Below, in pieces: positions 49,561 through 63,749 of a DNA stretch of 64,000 nucleotides. How positions within the stretch are numbered: the first letter of the stretch is position 1; each line of letters opens with the position of its first letter. The position numbers were made by a program, and so were the translations under genes. Under the pieces are notes generated by a model. It searched no databases. It worked only from the letters and a program-made list of their open reading frames with translations, and was not told the origin of the DNA. The DNA comes from Lama guanicoe (taxonomy: Eukaryota), in the NCBI GenBank assembly GCA_013239625.1, contig MU057356.1, positions 20,466,980 through 20,530,979 of the forward strand, written 5' to 3'.

Positions 49561-52500
49561 TACCAAGAAGCCAGAAAACCACTGAACCGTGCAGAAATGA
49601 ATGGGACCCCGAAAGTCAGTCACAATAAACAGCTACGGAAACCTGGAGGAGATGGAGATCACTCTTGGGTGGGGAACGGGGGCACTGGGGTCTTCATGAA
49701 GGATTTGGCATTTGTGTCCACATCACGAACGGATCAATTTGGAAAACTGGTCCTATTGGAGGAGTTTTTCAAGTAGCAACAATGTGGTCTTAGAAGCAAC
49801 AGAGAAACGTAGGAATAGTAAAGCGTCCGGCTGAAGAGTCAAAGGAGAGGCGTGTGAGGCAGGATGGAAAATGTGTAGAGAGGAGGTCATGCATTTTATA
49901 TTACAAAATAAACCTTCCAAGCACTGGAGGTCTCATTTACGTCTGAGTCCCTCACAGAGAAGCATATAAATGGCAGGATGGAGAAGCATCTGCCTGGGGG
50001 GGGGGTGCCACGAGAACGAGGTGGGCTGGGGGTAATTGTCAGTGGAACATTAAAACCCAGGCAGTCATCTTTCTGCTGTCGCTGCAGAACTCTCCTAGGG
50101 AAATGTAACTTTTTATTATCACAGTTAGATGAAGCCCAAGCTGACGCCCCAGATTGGCTCAGTTCCCTTTCTCTAAGGTGAAGTGTCATCAAGTTCCAGA
50201 GAGAAATGACTTGATCTCCGCAGATGGGGGCTCGAGCTGACCGGTGACCAGTGTCCAGCCATGTCCTGTGCCCTGAATCTCAGGGGAATGCATGCCCTGC
50301 TGGAGACTGCTGGTACCTTCTTTCCTTCTGTTTCACGGCTTGTCCCACTGCTGAAAATCGCATCCTCAAGACAACGTGGCCTCTGGGACTCTGCTGGGGG
50401 CCATCCCGGCCCCAGGGTCGTGGGCAGAGCAATTTACTCCAAGGAGAGCTGGCACCACACTCGCCTGGGTGGTGCAGGCTGAGAGCTACTGAGCACCAGG
50501 GCCTGCCTGGGCCCAGCCTGCAGCTCTGCCCTCACCCCAAGTGGGAAGATGCTCACAAGGGATGAAGGTTTCAGTCTCCCTGAGACTGAGAGGGCCGGGC
50601 CAAGAAGGGCAGCGAGGAAGGAGTGGGCTGAACGAGGGTGATCGCCAGTCTCCCGGTTTATACAAGTACTTAATTGTTCATTTGATTAAACAGCTCACTT
50701 AGGTGAACAGATGGGAGGAAGATAACATTGAATGTTTCCACCTCCTCTGGTTTCTCCTTCCTTGTCCTCAAAAGAGTTCCAAGTCTTTTGTTTCTGTTTT
50801 TTTTGGTGGGTTTTTTTTTTTCCAGTTTTGTCTCATTTCGTTTTTCTAACAAGAAAATAAGACAAATCTTTGGCACACTGTGTGTCAGGGAGAGGGGAGG
50901 GATGTGGTCTTTGCAAACGGTGGCTGGCATGCTTCTCTGTTCAGCTCGGATCTGTGGCTAAGACAAGGAGTCTTCCCAGCAAACAGCAACAGGGCTTCAG
51001 GTCCCGGGCACAGGACCACATCAGGCAAGTGCCCTGGGCTTCTGGACTTGGCAGGAATCTTCAGCAGGGCAGAGCATGACGGCACGGAGGAGGAGGCAGT
51101 GTTCCCGCAATAAATTCTCCATCTGAACTGGGCAAAAGAAAGCATTTTCTTACACATTCATTTGTCAGGCATCTCGGGCGTACTGAGGTTGGGTGGGGGG
51201 GAATAACAGAACCCAAAATAGCGCAGCGTTGCGTGGGAAGAATGAGACAGTGACGGCATTCTGCACAGTGACAGCCAGCCAGGCTTTGGCTTCTCATTCT
51301 GTAAAAGTGCGCCCCCGGGGAGGCTCCCTGTTTCCATTCCACTTCCTTCTCCATGGCCCCGTGTTTTCCTCACGTGAATATGGACATTGTCGCGTGTTTT
51401 ACTTCCAGCATGTATGTTTCTGCTCATCTCATCCCTCCCTAGATCCGCGCTGCCCTGATGCTCAGTGATGGCTGTGGGTCAGCCCCCGTGTGATGCAGGA
51501 GCCGCAGGTCCAGTGCTGCTCCCGAGGGGACACGTGTGCAACACCCCGTCCCCCCACCCGGTCCTGGGCCACATCATTCAAAGACCAAGTACAGCTGTGG
51601 TGGCCCTTTGTAGGTAAATGCATCCCCTAAATGGGGGAAATGGGATTCCCCGGGACCTCTTCCCACTGCCAGTTCACAGAAGCCAAGCAATCGTCTGCTG
51701 GACTGAAAGGAACTTGCTGCATCCCCGCAGTCCGGCCAAGCAAGCCGAAGTCACCTTGCGTCTCCATGGTGCCCATTCTGTGATGAGCAGGTTGTTCCTC
51801 CAGTCGTGGTCATACACACAAATCCTACCGCCTCTCCATCTACCCCAAGCCTGGACACAACAACCCTGGAAAGAGACGAGTGGTGGATGCCTCTCCCTAT
51901 CATTTGCATATGTCTCTTAGACAAGGTGCCACCACCGAACCTGCACATGATGAGGCAGATGTCATCTGCTGCACTCATTGGATCAGGCAGGGTTTGATCA
52001 AAGAAGCAGATTCACTCTGGGTGATTTAGAACAGGATTCGTTAGAGTCTGAGGGAGTCAGACCGTCTGCAGTGGAGAGAGGCAGTCTACACAGCCCGCTG
52101 CTTCCATGTCTCGCGTTGGATTGGCAGTCACTCTGGGTCAGCCACACCATCGGCTGAGAAGCGAATGTGGGTGGAACCCACAAGGACAAACTGGAACCTG
52201 CACAGAGGATCTGAGACTCGCATGATACCTGGAACCCAAGGAGACCCTGCTCAATGTCTCTGCACCTCGGTGGTGCAGGTGACCTGCAGGCGAAGCGGGG
52301 GTTTTCCTGGCCCAGGCCTGGGAGAGGCTGCAGGAGATCTGGTGGGAGCTGGGGGATCTGCAGAGCCAGGCGCTGCCCCGCACCACCTGGGAGAGCCAGC
52401 AGAGCCACACCGGCGTGTGCAAGCTGCTACAGAAGTTGGTGCCCTGTAACCACAACCACATCTGAACTTAAAGAACTATGACTCCTGCCTTACCCCCCAC

Positions 52501-53324
52501 CACCCAAATTCATTTCGAATGTCTCATGTGACCAATGCTCATCCAGGACCATGAGGGACAGGGAATTCACAGCCTGGAGCTCCAATTTAGCTAAACCACC
52601 ACACTACGAACAGCCGTAATACTGGGGAAGAGAGCGGAGACCCTCAGCCTCCCATCTCTCCCCCACACCCGTGGAAGAAACACCAGCCCCAATGCCACGC
52701 ATTCATTCTCATCCACACGTATTTGTGTTTTGCTCACGGCCAGAGTCTTGGGTCTAGGAGGTTCTCAGTCACAGTTGGTGGAATGAGTCAAGGCCACAGA
52801 CAATCAGAACAAACTGATCTTCGCACAAGTCTTCAGCCCACTTGGTATTTCTACATCAGTCTATGAATAAACAAGCATTTGATGAGCCCCGAATTGAGCC
52901 AGACACTACGCTGGGTACAGGGGGAAATGCAAGGAAACAGAACGAGCCACTCATGACCTCAAAGCTGGCTTAAAAGGTGGCACGGATTCATCTCCTTCTA
53001 ATTAAGAGCACAGTGCTACATGCGGGAAGAGGCAGGGAGTGCCCATGGATACTCCAGGAATCACTACAGGTGACTCTTCCTGGAGGATGTGAGACTTCAG
53101 CCAGCACGTGAGGATCGCTGGAAAGGAGAAGCGAAAGGACAAAGAGCAGAAGTCAGAGTTCAGAGGGGAGAAGCCCCACGCCACCTGGCTTTCCGACTTT
53201 GTGTAGAGGCTAAGGGGACAGACATGCAGGGCTCACATCAAGGATGGTGCCAGATGTGATCCCCCTCCCACGGCCTGAGCCTGCCCAGCACTGTAAAGAG
53301 AGAATGTGATCGTACTGACCTTCA

Positions 53325-53545
53325 ATGATGATGAAAAGCAGCTGACACTCACTGAGCATTTACAGTATGCCAGTGCTGTCACATCCGTCACTCAATCCCA
53401 AACCAGCCATTCGGGAGTCATCACCATCCCCATTGACGGATGAGGAATCTGAATGTTAAAAAGATGACCTTCTTCGCCCAGCCAGTAAGTGGCCGAGGTG
53501 GGATCTGAGTTCATGCCCACACCGGCAGCTTGGTCCCTAGACTGG
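53325..53545 (-). mobile_element. MIR SINE
   Basis: cactgagcatttacagtatgccag…ccccattgacggatgaggaatctga…ccagtaagtggccgaggtgggatctga. Confidence 0.7.
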
Positions 53546-56470
53546 CCGCCCACACAGAGACTGCCGGCCTCCAGGGATGACTCCTCCCTAAATGCTTCAA
53601 GGCTGTCCACTCAGGCCTGCACTTCAAAATGCTGGTGGCCAACATGGTGCTGTAAATGCTAAGCGACCACTCAAAACTCATGAGGGCCACCTTCTGTCAT
53701 TTAATTTCCATTATGATTAGGGAAGGAAACAGCCCAGAATTTAAACTGCGTAAATGGTAAGAGAATTCTGCTGCCTAAGAAAGCAGCTTTCTCAACCCAG
53801 GAGCGTGGACTGGGGACAGAGCCTACTTCCTGGTACAACACGCATTTATCCTGGAATGAGCACTTGGTACCTCTCTGCTTTTTAGTTGACAGGGTTTTCC
53901 CCTGTAGATTACAGGTTTCTTTTGTGAAAGGTGTTTTCAGTTTATAAATGGAAGAGCACTCAGTAACGCTGGTAATGAAACCGTTCTTGCACACAGAAAT
54001 CATCACCTAAGCGCCCAGGCTGTGACAGCCTTCCAAACAGATCAGAGCCCCCTCCACCCTTGTCCCACCCCCCATCTCCATCCTCCACCCCCATGCCCAG
54101 AACTGCTCCAGCCAGGAGAGGCCAGGCTGAGGCAATGAAGCAGGAATGAGAAGGCAGCTCAAGCTAGTAAATGTGTCAGTTTATTTGGACTCCCTGCAAT
54201 TTAGAAGCTGATTTCAAAGAAAAATTGCTTCAGGCCTCAGACTCCTTCTGTTGTTGCCAACTGTGGCCCATTTTTACAGCTGACTGACCACTGGCTAGAA
54301 ATGCAGGTCTCTGGCAGTCCCCAGCAGGCCCTGATGGCTCCTTGCTGTCCCCGAGCACAAGACCTCAGCATAATTACAGCTAATGGAGACAGGTTGGGGC
54401 AGGCCATCCCCACTCGTCACCACCACCTGCTTCCCCAAGGACTGGGTTGGGGCTTGCACACGCAGCTGTTGTGGTGAATCCCCAGTCAACAGCTGACACA
54501 ACTCATGAGAACTTCACACACCTTCCCTGCAATCCCCTCACGCCTCTGGAACCTTCTCTGCCATCCCTCACGCACAGCCCCGGTCCCTGGCTTCATGCTC
54601 CCTGCCTTCCCTTTCTCCCACCCTCACCCCACGTGACCTATAAGGTTAAATACACTGCCTCAAGGCCTCCACCCAGAAAGAAAATAAAAAATCAGATCTC
54701 GCTGGGAGTGACTGGGCAGGAGGGCAAGAAATCCAGCCCCCACAAGCGTAAATCACCGCAGAAGGCTTTCTCTTCAGTAGCTTCGATCTAAGCACACATC
54801 TCACTGAAGATCCGGCTCTCTCCCACTGCCAGCCTGAGCTTAGGGACGGGGGCTACCAGGCGGCTCTGGGGTAATACGGAGCACATCAATCTCAGCTGAG
54901 TTTTCAGAGAGATTTTTTTTTCTTTTTTTGGTTCAGAGAGGCCAGTTATTTAAATAGAGTTGTTTGGAGGGTGAACCATTAACACGCTGTCCCCTCAACA
55001 GATCCTTTAAGAACGTATTAACAGAGCCGCGGTTGTTCAGAGGGGCGACTCCTCTGCATGGCCTATCTCAGGGCGACTGGAGGATGTATTACATCTGCTC
55101 AAAGAGAGCCTGTTCCGAGGAAACAGGCGATCTCAGGGAAAGAGCAGCAGGGCACCTCGGCCAGCAGGGTTATTCTAGGCCGAGGGAAAACCTTGGGAGG
55201 CCAGAAGGAAACAGAAGCCGCCACCTGCAAGCGGGGCCCAGCGGACAGAGGGGTGTAGACCAGATGACCTTTCTCTTCCGCTGCACCCCAGCCCTGGGCT
55301 CCTTGCCTGAACTTTCTTCTTCTCTGAAGACAGCCGCCTAGAGAAATGGAGATAACCTTTCCAGACCAATCACAACCTTTCTCTGGGACATCTGCATGCA
55401 ATTCTTATGGAAAGGTCACCCAGAAAAGTACACGGTCAAAAAGCATCCTTCCAAACAACAAACGTGACAATTGAAACAAAGCACCCTTCTCATTTGATGG
55501 CGCGGAAGCAGCTGGGCTCCAGGATGGCTTGGCTGGCCCAGACCCATGGCATTTGTTACCTGAGGCAAACAATAGCAGCTCTGTCGACATTTCTGTCCGA
55601 AAGGGCAGCAGCTGCTGCGGGCATCTTGCTTCAGGCCGACAAGAGAGGGGCACCAGGAGCCTCCCATTAGGACGGCAGGGGAGTTCCACATGTCCCGCCA
55701 CACCTGGCCCTGCCTCCTGATGTGCACGTGCCAGTGGTGCGGCCTTACCGAGCTGGTCCCAGTGCCAGGCTCAAAGCCGGGGGCGCAGCGCAGGGCTCAA
55801 GGCCGCGGGCATGTCTCTTTCATTCCGCTGTGAAATGGCCAGCTTGTCCATGGCTTTGCCCTTGAATTGAAAATGCGTATTGGACTGTTAGAGCCAAAGA
55901 CATGTCTCTCTCCTTCTCCCAGCTTTTTCCAGTCTCCTATGGAACCAGGTCTTCCGTGGAGGTGATGGTTTATAAACAGCTTTGGCGCTTCTAAAAAAAG
56001 ACTCTCAGAGGCCCATACATGCTGACTGTATTCTGGTGTATTTGATGCTTGCTTGGACCACACTCTATTCAAAGGGAGACTGGCCCAGGTAAAGCCCTTG
56101 CTGCTTAAATGTTAAACTTCTGAACCATTTCTTTCCATCCATACACCTCCTGCACAGCTCACTGGACCAGGGCTTGGAGACCATACTCATAAAAAGAACC
56201 AACTGATACCTTTCCAATGACCTATGACCCATATATTTTCAAAAAAATTAAAAAGGAGGCAGTAAATGATTAAATCCTCCTCGCCCCCGCCCCCAGTATA
56301 AATCATGAATCAGATACAATTTTCCTATTGGCAGGAGAAATTACTTCTTAAGAGCCAGGAAGTAAACATAAAGCAAAGAGGTCAAAATTAAGGGTGAGCT
56401 AGGGCCGTAGGCAAACACAAGGAGCCACTCAGAATGAGAGAGAAAGATGCTATCACACCGAATACAGGTT

Positions 56471-56577
56471 CAGTCATCCCTCCGTATCCACAGGGGATTG
56501 AATCCTGGACCCCCAGGTCTCATAGTTGGCCCTTCACATTGGGGGGTTTCACGTCTGGGCATAAGGAGGGTGGACTG
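56471..56577. mobile_element. Very short Tigger-derived MITE (MER2-like)
   Basis: TIR pair cagtcatccctccgtatcc and ggcataaggagggtggactg, followed by TA. Confidence 0.65.
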
Positions 56578-58694
56578 TATTTTGTCCTAATGGAGGAGTG
56601 CTTGTACCATGTCCAGGTGACCCAGCTACGCCCTGTGTTCTGTCCTCAGTTTCTGGCCTCCCTCATTGCTCCACACACAGCTCAACATCAATTCTCCCTT
56701 CCTGAGGCTCACTTCAAGAAGCCTATTCCTTCCCTGAAAACAAGCCTGAAAAATCACAACAGACATCTTGGGGAGACTTGTTTCCCAGGGCCCAACAAGA
56801 AAAGGGTGATTAAATTAAGAACACATTTAATTGTTGCCATTCGATTTGATTAAAGGAAGGGAGACAAAAGCCCTGATTGATGAGGCAATCACCAGGCCCA
56901 GCGAGGGAGATCCAGGCAGGCTAAGGCCGTGCCTTGTTCACAGACTAAGTAGCCTGACTGCCTCAGAGGGAGAAAGATGGGCATCTGATCTCTCCTGCCA
57001 GAACGGCTGTCCATTTGGAGACTCAAAACACTGAAGTCATGCCAGGCAGCTCTCCGGTCTCCTCCTGGGCAGGGCCAGCAACACGGGCACCACAGCAGAT
57101 GTGGCCTCAGAAGAGGTCAAAACCCTGTTCCTGCCTGATTCTCTTAGCCTTTTAGAACCTGACAACAGATGAGAAGCTACAGGAAGGCTGGGTAGATTCA
57201 TATTCTAGGCTGCGTGTCAGTCACTTCGGTGTTTTATCTTTTTTTCTGTTTGATTTACCATGAACATGCTCTAGGCTAGGGAGAATGCACAGTATTTTTA
57301 TAGACTTCAAGAAGTTTCCACGCCATGAAATATTCTTCACAACTTGAGGAGGCTGGCAGGACAAAGTTAGAGCAGACGGTGTAGCATAAAAAGACCTCAA
57401 CTAACTAAAATTCAATGAACTCAAACTTCTCAATTAACAGACATTTTACTTTCTACTTTTATAGACATAGCTGGTCAAATGAAGAAATCAATTGAAAAAT
57501 GTCAAACTAGGTTGCGTCTTAGAAGCTATGCTTAGAGAGCTCTAGGAAGGTGACCTTGAGATACTGCAGCATCTTGAATCGTATGAAAATGTGCTTTATG
57601 CTCAAACTCTACTCACTAAGTCATGGATGTGGCCTCAAATATTTTGGAAAGACTTGCAACAAGAGAAGTTTCTATTTTGTTCTCAGAGAAACAGGACACT
57701 GGATGTTTAAATGTCCACCATGAGACACTAACCATCATTCTTCAAGACTGCATTATAACAGTCTGAACATTACATTCTCTTCTGAGACGAGGGCCTGTGA
57801 GGAAGGATTTGTCCAAATTCCCCTGAGCTAGACAAGGGCCCCTTGCACTCAAAGGCATGAGTGAGCCGCTGGACATAAGCAAGTCTGAGGATCTGGACAA
57901 GGGGTCAGGAGACATGGGTTCAAGTCTTAGCCTTGTCAGTCAAGGGATGACGTGGGGATCCCAAGTCACATCTTCCAGGCTGTAAAAGGGAGATACTGTA
58001 TTCATGTTTAAAATGATCTGTCTCCAAAAATGATCTCACTTCCAAAATCTATACCACCAGGAAAGGAAAAAAACAACAAACAGCAACGAAAAAACACCCA
58101 CAAAATCTATACCACTATTTGGAGATAAAACTTAGAAGGTACTTGACTTAATTTTAGCTCAAAACTCAAAGCAAGCTGTAGAGGGCGAAACCTGTGACTA
58201 AACCCCATTACAATTTCATCCTTTGAGGAAAACTCCACATGGGGTAATCATCCTGCAGAACTGGGGCTAGTTCTAGTTCTCAAACTCCTTTCCTTGATAC
58301 AGAAAGACCTTGAAGGTTCCAGCCCGTCACTCAGACTTGGCTTTAAGGATACATTCCTCCCAGAGCAGAGACCTCCTGACCAGATCTAAAATGATGCAGC
58401 CCCGAGGGCAACTTTCTATCCCTCAGACCCTCAACCCCAAGCCAAACTCAGAAGTTCTTCCAAGTCCATTTGGAAGTGAGGAAGTGGGAGGCCTCATTTG
58501 GGGAAATGACGAGGTGCTTCCTTCCTCTTATTGCTGAGTGAGCTCCCTCTTCAGGACTCCCACGGCCTCAGAGGCCAAGGTCAGGGGCCTGACAAAAAGG
58601 GCAGAATCAGGTTTCCCTTTAGACCACACTCAGCAGGTCTGATTCCAACTCAACTCGTTGCAACAGATGTGTGTGATCACACGTAAGCACAGAG

Positions 58695-58900
58695 AGGCAG
58701 TGTTCCTAGTGGTTATCCTCTTAGGATCTGGGGTCCCACAACTTGGACAAGTGACTTGTCTACTCAAGTTTTAGTCTCTGCATCTGTAAAATGGGTTTAG
58801 AAACAGTCTCCACTTCATAAGGTTGGCGCACTAATTCAGTGAAATCATCCATGCCAAGGACCCAATGTGGAGACAGTGTTTAGTCATATATAGCTCGTTG
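58695..58900 (+). mobile_element. MIR SINE
   Basis: acttggacaagtgactt…ctctgcatctgtaaaatggg. Confidence 0.65.
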
Positions 58901-60007
58901 CTGCTGTCATTCAAGAATCCAAAACCTCTTTTTTGTCCCCTAAAAGTCCTCCCTGAGGACAGGGTATCACGGGAGCTAAATCTGCTATAACCTACATGCC
59001 TCATCTGGGAGCAGGAGTGGGGGCTGCAGAACCTTCTGACTGGGGGTCAGCAGGAAGCAGCTCACTGGCTATGAGCCCACAGCTCTGATTTTTGCACCTG
59101 TGATTTCACTGCACTCGGTCCCAAAGCACCACCTCTGCCATTTGTAGACAGAGGTGACAAATGAGTCATTTTTGCCACCCTCCTCAATTCCCTGATGATT
59201 CCGGTCACACCTATGTTCACCAGTGTTCCGTGGGAAACATAAAACAACTTTTAGTTGAGGTTTGGGCATCCAAATGCACCCCGGCTTAATTAGAAAAGAA
59301 GAGGTGGTGCAATTCCACCCCAAGAGGAACAGCCAGGGTCTTAGTGGCTGAACCACTGGGATGGAGGCCATGCCTCCATCGTCCTGGTTCTGCATAGTCG
59401 TCGGTGAGCCGTTCAACCTCTCCAAGTCCACGCTTCCTCCGTTACAAGGAGGAGAAGGTGAAAAGCCTAGTGAGATGCTGAAGACAGCGCTCTGGAGTTA
59501 AGTCCTGTTACTCCTGAGTCCAGGGAGCTTCTCTCCCAGACCCACTGCTGGCTGGTAGGTAACTCCATTAACCATGTGGTTTCTCTGTATCAACAGCGAC
59601 CACAAGCAGGCAGCACATCCAGAATGCCTCTGGACCAGTCTCCAACTTGCACCGCGGGCAGTACAGCCCTGAAAAACTCCAAATCCAACGCGCTGTCGTC
59701 CACACGTGTCAGCCTGGGCACAAGCAGGAGTCAGCAGCGCAGGGACCGCTTTCACTTGATCCCCACTGGAGATCACGTGCCCCCAGAGAGAGTCACGTCC
59801 AGCTGGAATATATGGTGGGGATTTGATGACTCAGGGGGGTTGTGGCTCCGATGAGATACACAGAAAAACCTCCTCCCTCTCTTGACTGCCTCCAGTCCCT
59901 CTAGCGGAACTTCCCATCCCTCCTGTGATACCCCTCAAGCCGTGGTCACAGCATTTCCTACGTAGATGTACTGCTTACTTTAATTTTTTTTCATACTAAT
60001 AAACTGT

Positions 60008-60270
60008 TAGTTATAAAGAGCACGGACCCCAGTCTCAGACTGCCTGAGTTTACATGCTGCTTGACCACTGTGTATGTGATTTTAGTCAAGTGGCTTAATC
60101 TCTGGGTGTCTTGGTTTCTGCAGCTGTAAAATGGAGACAATAATAATATAATAACAGCTCCTCCTTTACAGTGTTGCTGTGAGGATTAAATGAGCTTGTG
60201 CATGCGAAGCGCTCAGAACAGCCTCTGGAACACAGTAAACAGCGCACGGCTGTTGATTGCTTTGTTATTG
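60008..60270 (+). mobile_element. MIR SINE (near full length)
   Basis: aagagcacggaccccagtctcagactgcctgag…ctgtaaaatggag…gttgctgtgaggattaaatgag…gcgctcagaacag. Confidence 0.85.
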
Positions 60271-63200
60271 CTTTCCTGCATCTCAGTAACATCTCGTAAT
60301 TAGCAGGGCTCTTCAGAGGTTTCGCCTCTCAGGAGGGAGGGAGTAGAGACTGCCCGGCCTGCTCTCCACTCGGGACAGTGAGTTAATCCATCATGTTGCG
60401 ACACAGCTGGACTCTCTCCGCCTGTTTATTGTGATCCCGGAGCGGCTCAGACTTCCTGTTCTTGGGACTGTCCCTCTGTCTCTGGAACTATCTGTTTACT
60501 CACATTTCTGTCTATCCACCCTTCCCCACTTACACAGAGAGAAATATGTATCTCTATTTTATAAACAGATACATACTTGATTTAAAAAAATGAAAAGACC
60601 CAAATCTGTCAACCTTACCACCACCGCCACCACCACCACACTCAGCCCCACAACACGGCCCAAGATGGGAGAAAAAGGCAGCTGTGCGGTGTTCCTAACT
60701 CCCTAAATGTGGGAGGCACACGGGAGACCGCTTTGGTTTTTCTTAAGATTTTCCCTTCTTAATATAACTGCTATCTTTTTCAAAGCTGCAACAACACAGG
60801 AGTAGAATTAAAAGAGAATTCTCTAAAGTAAACCCTTTTTTGGCCACCTGGGTGGAAGTTATGGAAATAACATCCCCGGGCCCCACATAGCATCCTCTCC
60901 CTCCCCAGAGCCCCGATCCTCCCAGCCCACAGAGCTGCTGGGGAACAAAGACCATCTTCACAGACAGCGCTGGTGAGGGACACGGGCGGAGGAGGCTACC
61001 GTGGCTGTGCCCATATGTCAGTCCCCCCGGACACTTCTGAGCACCCCTCATGCTTTTTCCCAATCCGAGTGGCACAAGGCACTCCAGACATTTCCAAATA
61101 ATTGCCCATCAGCTTCCCAGGAAAACAAAAAGGCGGTAGTTGGCACTTTCTTTACTCTCTCCACCCAAGCTGTTCATGAGAAAAAAAATACTTTAAAGTC
61201 CACAAGTTGCAAATGGCTTTTTTTTTTAAAGTAACTACCCACATTAAAGGAAGACTGTTTAATTCTAGATCTAGAGCTAGAAGATCAAAAATAGGAATAA
61301 TTAAAGCCTGAGATGTAACTGTTAGGAAAGGCATTTTTATATTCTTTGCCAAGCCCTTAAACAGGTAAACCACATATTTAAAGAAAACACTAAGATCTGA
61401 AATCCCCAATTGGGATTTTTTTTTTCTTGTTTAAGACATAATGAATTCAGACTCCAGAGACCACAGAGCAGGGTTTGTTAAGCTCTCTGAACTGTCAGCT
61501 GAATTATCTAGTAAAGCCTGCGTGTAGGTGACTCCCTGTGATTCAGCTTCTTTCCTGTTTTGAAACAGAAGGTTACTAACCTCTGGAACAAAATTTGGCT
61601 AAGTCAGGGAATGGCAGTTTTATGCAAACAGTATTTCCTTTTTGCGTCCTTCCTTTTCATCCTACGATCTTTGACTTTCCAAAGTCTTATAAATATACCG
61701 AATTCCACTCAAGTAGCCTTTCCAAATGCCCTGGAGACAATGTAGAACTTAAAAATGAAAAACAAACAAATGAACAAAAAAACCCTCCCTTTTCCAGAGT
61801 GACTGGAGTTTGAGGAACTTTATGTCAAACCCCAAAACAGCCTGACAATTTATGTTCCAAGGAGGTGAGACCAGTGCATTAAGGGTCGAATGCAAAGATA
61901 AGAATGCCGGGGAAAAAAGTCTCATCACTGACAAACCTATTGGTTTTTCAAATCTGATTATACTTTTAAATTGTGGCTTTAAAATATCTGTCTGAGTGCT
62001 TGGATGTTATGGTTTGAAAGTCTTCACTTGAGAGGCTGTGGTAGTGGTTTCGCCTTCACCTAAAAGGAATCTGAACAGCTGAAGAACAGGCTCATCCTTC
62101 TGCGGGTGGACCTCGTCATCCAGCCTCCTTCCCGCAGGATGCGAGGTACCTTCTAGCAAAGACAATGCATGTCCTTATTCTAACTCTAACCGGAGTGAAG
62201 GAATGAACTGGAGATCAGAGGCAAAACCCGAAGCGGAGCAGCAATCGCGTCCAGCTTGCTGGTGTCCAAGAACTTTGTCAGGCAGGGCTGTGTCTACATC
62301 CGACCAGGCAGGAGGTGTGGGATTTGGGAAACACAAAAACTCAGCTCATTGTGGCAAAGGAGGAAAATGAACAGCCCACCTGTTCCAGAGCTGGCCAGCT
62401 TCCCCCAGCTTACTCCAACAGGATATTTTGGTGTTTGCTCTAAAACCAGAAAACAACCTAATACTATTGCAGCTGCTGCTGCCTGTGTCAACCGCCAGAC
62501 ATCAAAACAGGCCCGAAGGAGGCAGGTGACTTCCTGCTTCCCTCGCGGGTAGCAGTGGAGCTGAGCCGAGGGCAGCGATCAGCTGTGGATCCTGGACTCC
62601 TGCCGCCAGCTGGGAAAAACTTAGTGATACAGTCTCCATTATCCATGGAGAGAAAAAAGGGCAAAGGACCAAGGCAGCTGTAATTGTTCCTGGTGGGACT
62701 TGGTTTCTAGACTTATCAGGCTGGACTGTGTTCTGAGGGCTGGAACCTGGGAGCCACGCCATCAACATTCCCAGGACAAACCAACAAATGACAAAGCAAG
62801 CACACAGGAGCCGTCCTGCCACCACATACCCCGCTGGGATCAGGACTTAAGTTGTTAGAATGTTCTAGTTTACCCTCACTCTTTCAGGTGTATGTTTTTA
62901 TGACACCCCCTTAGCCCAAGTCAAACTACCAACTTCTTGGGAAACTCCATCCTGACATGGGAGCTTCCGAAGTTTGGGGTTGGCCTTTGTCTCCTCTCTT
63001 TACTCACGCTGCTTGATTCACTGTGTTCCAAAAAACTCAAACATCAGAGTCTCTTTCACCGTTTCTCCCCCCGCACTTCAGAGCGCTGATGAAAACTGAG
63101 CCCCAAAGCATGTCCTGATGTCTTGGAGTTCCCAGCTCGGACATGAAGATTAGACCTTGATTAGTTTGTAAGGACAGTTTCAAATGTGTGGCACACACAC

Positions 63201-63749
63201 ATAAACCCATGAGAGGTGGACCGCTGCCGCCCGACGCCCACCTGCCTCTGTAAGGAGAAAACTGGCACATGTTTGTGAGATGTTGAGAGAGCATCTCAGT
63301 GTGATGAGAGAACAGATGTTCCGGTAAACCCCTGTATCCTTTGATGAGGCTAAATGCATGGTTCCGTGACCACTGGTGTTACCAAATCATGTTTCAGCCA
63401 ATCCCAGTCTTTACCTGCTGCCTGAAGATCAGCCAATAGCTCTCTTCACCCCTGCAGCCTCCTTTCTTTCTTTCTTTCTAGAAGCTACAATCATGTGACT
63501 CTTGCTTGAATTGGTCAGTGAACAAACGGCCAGAGGTCATTTTGACAGTTAGGTTTCAGCTCTGCAAAACCGGTAAATCAAATTAAGAAAAAAAGAAAAT
63601 ACAACAGCTTGGATTCATCAGGGGAAGGGATTAAAATAATTTTTAATCTTGACAAGTGGATGGAATTGTTATATTCAGTTTTGAAAAATCTGCACAAGAA
63701 AAAGTAAACCCAGGGTCTTGATGGGAAGTCATTGGTCAAATATGACAAT

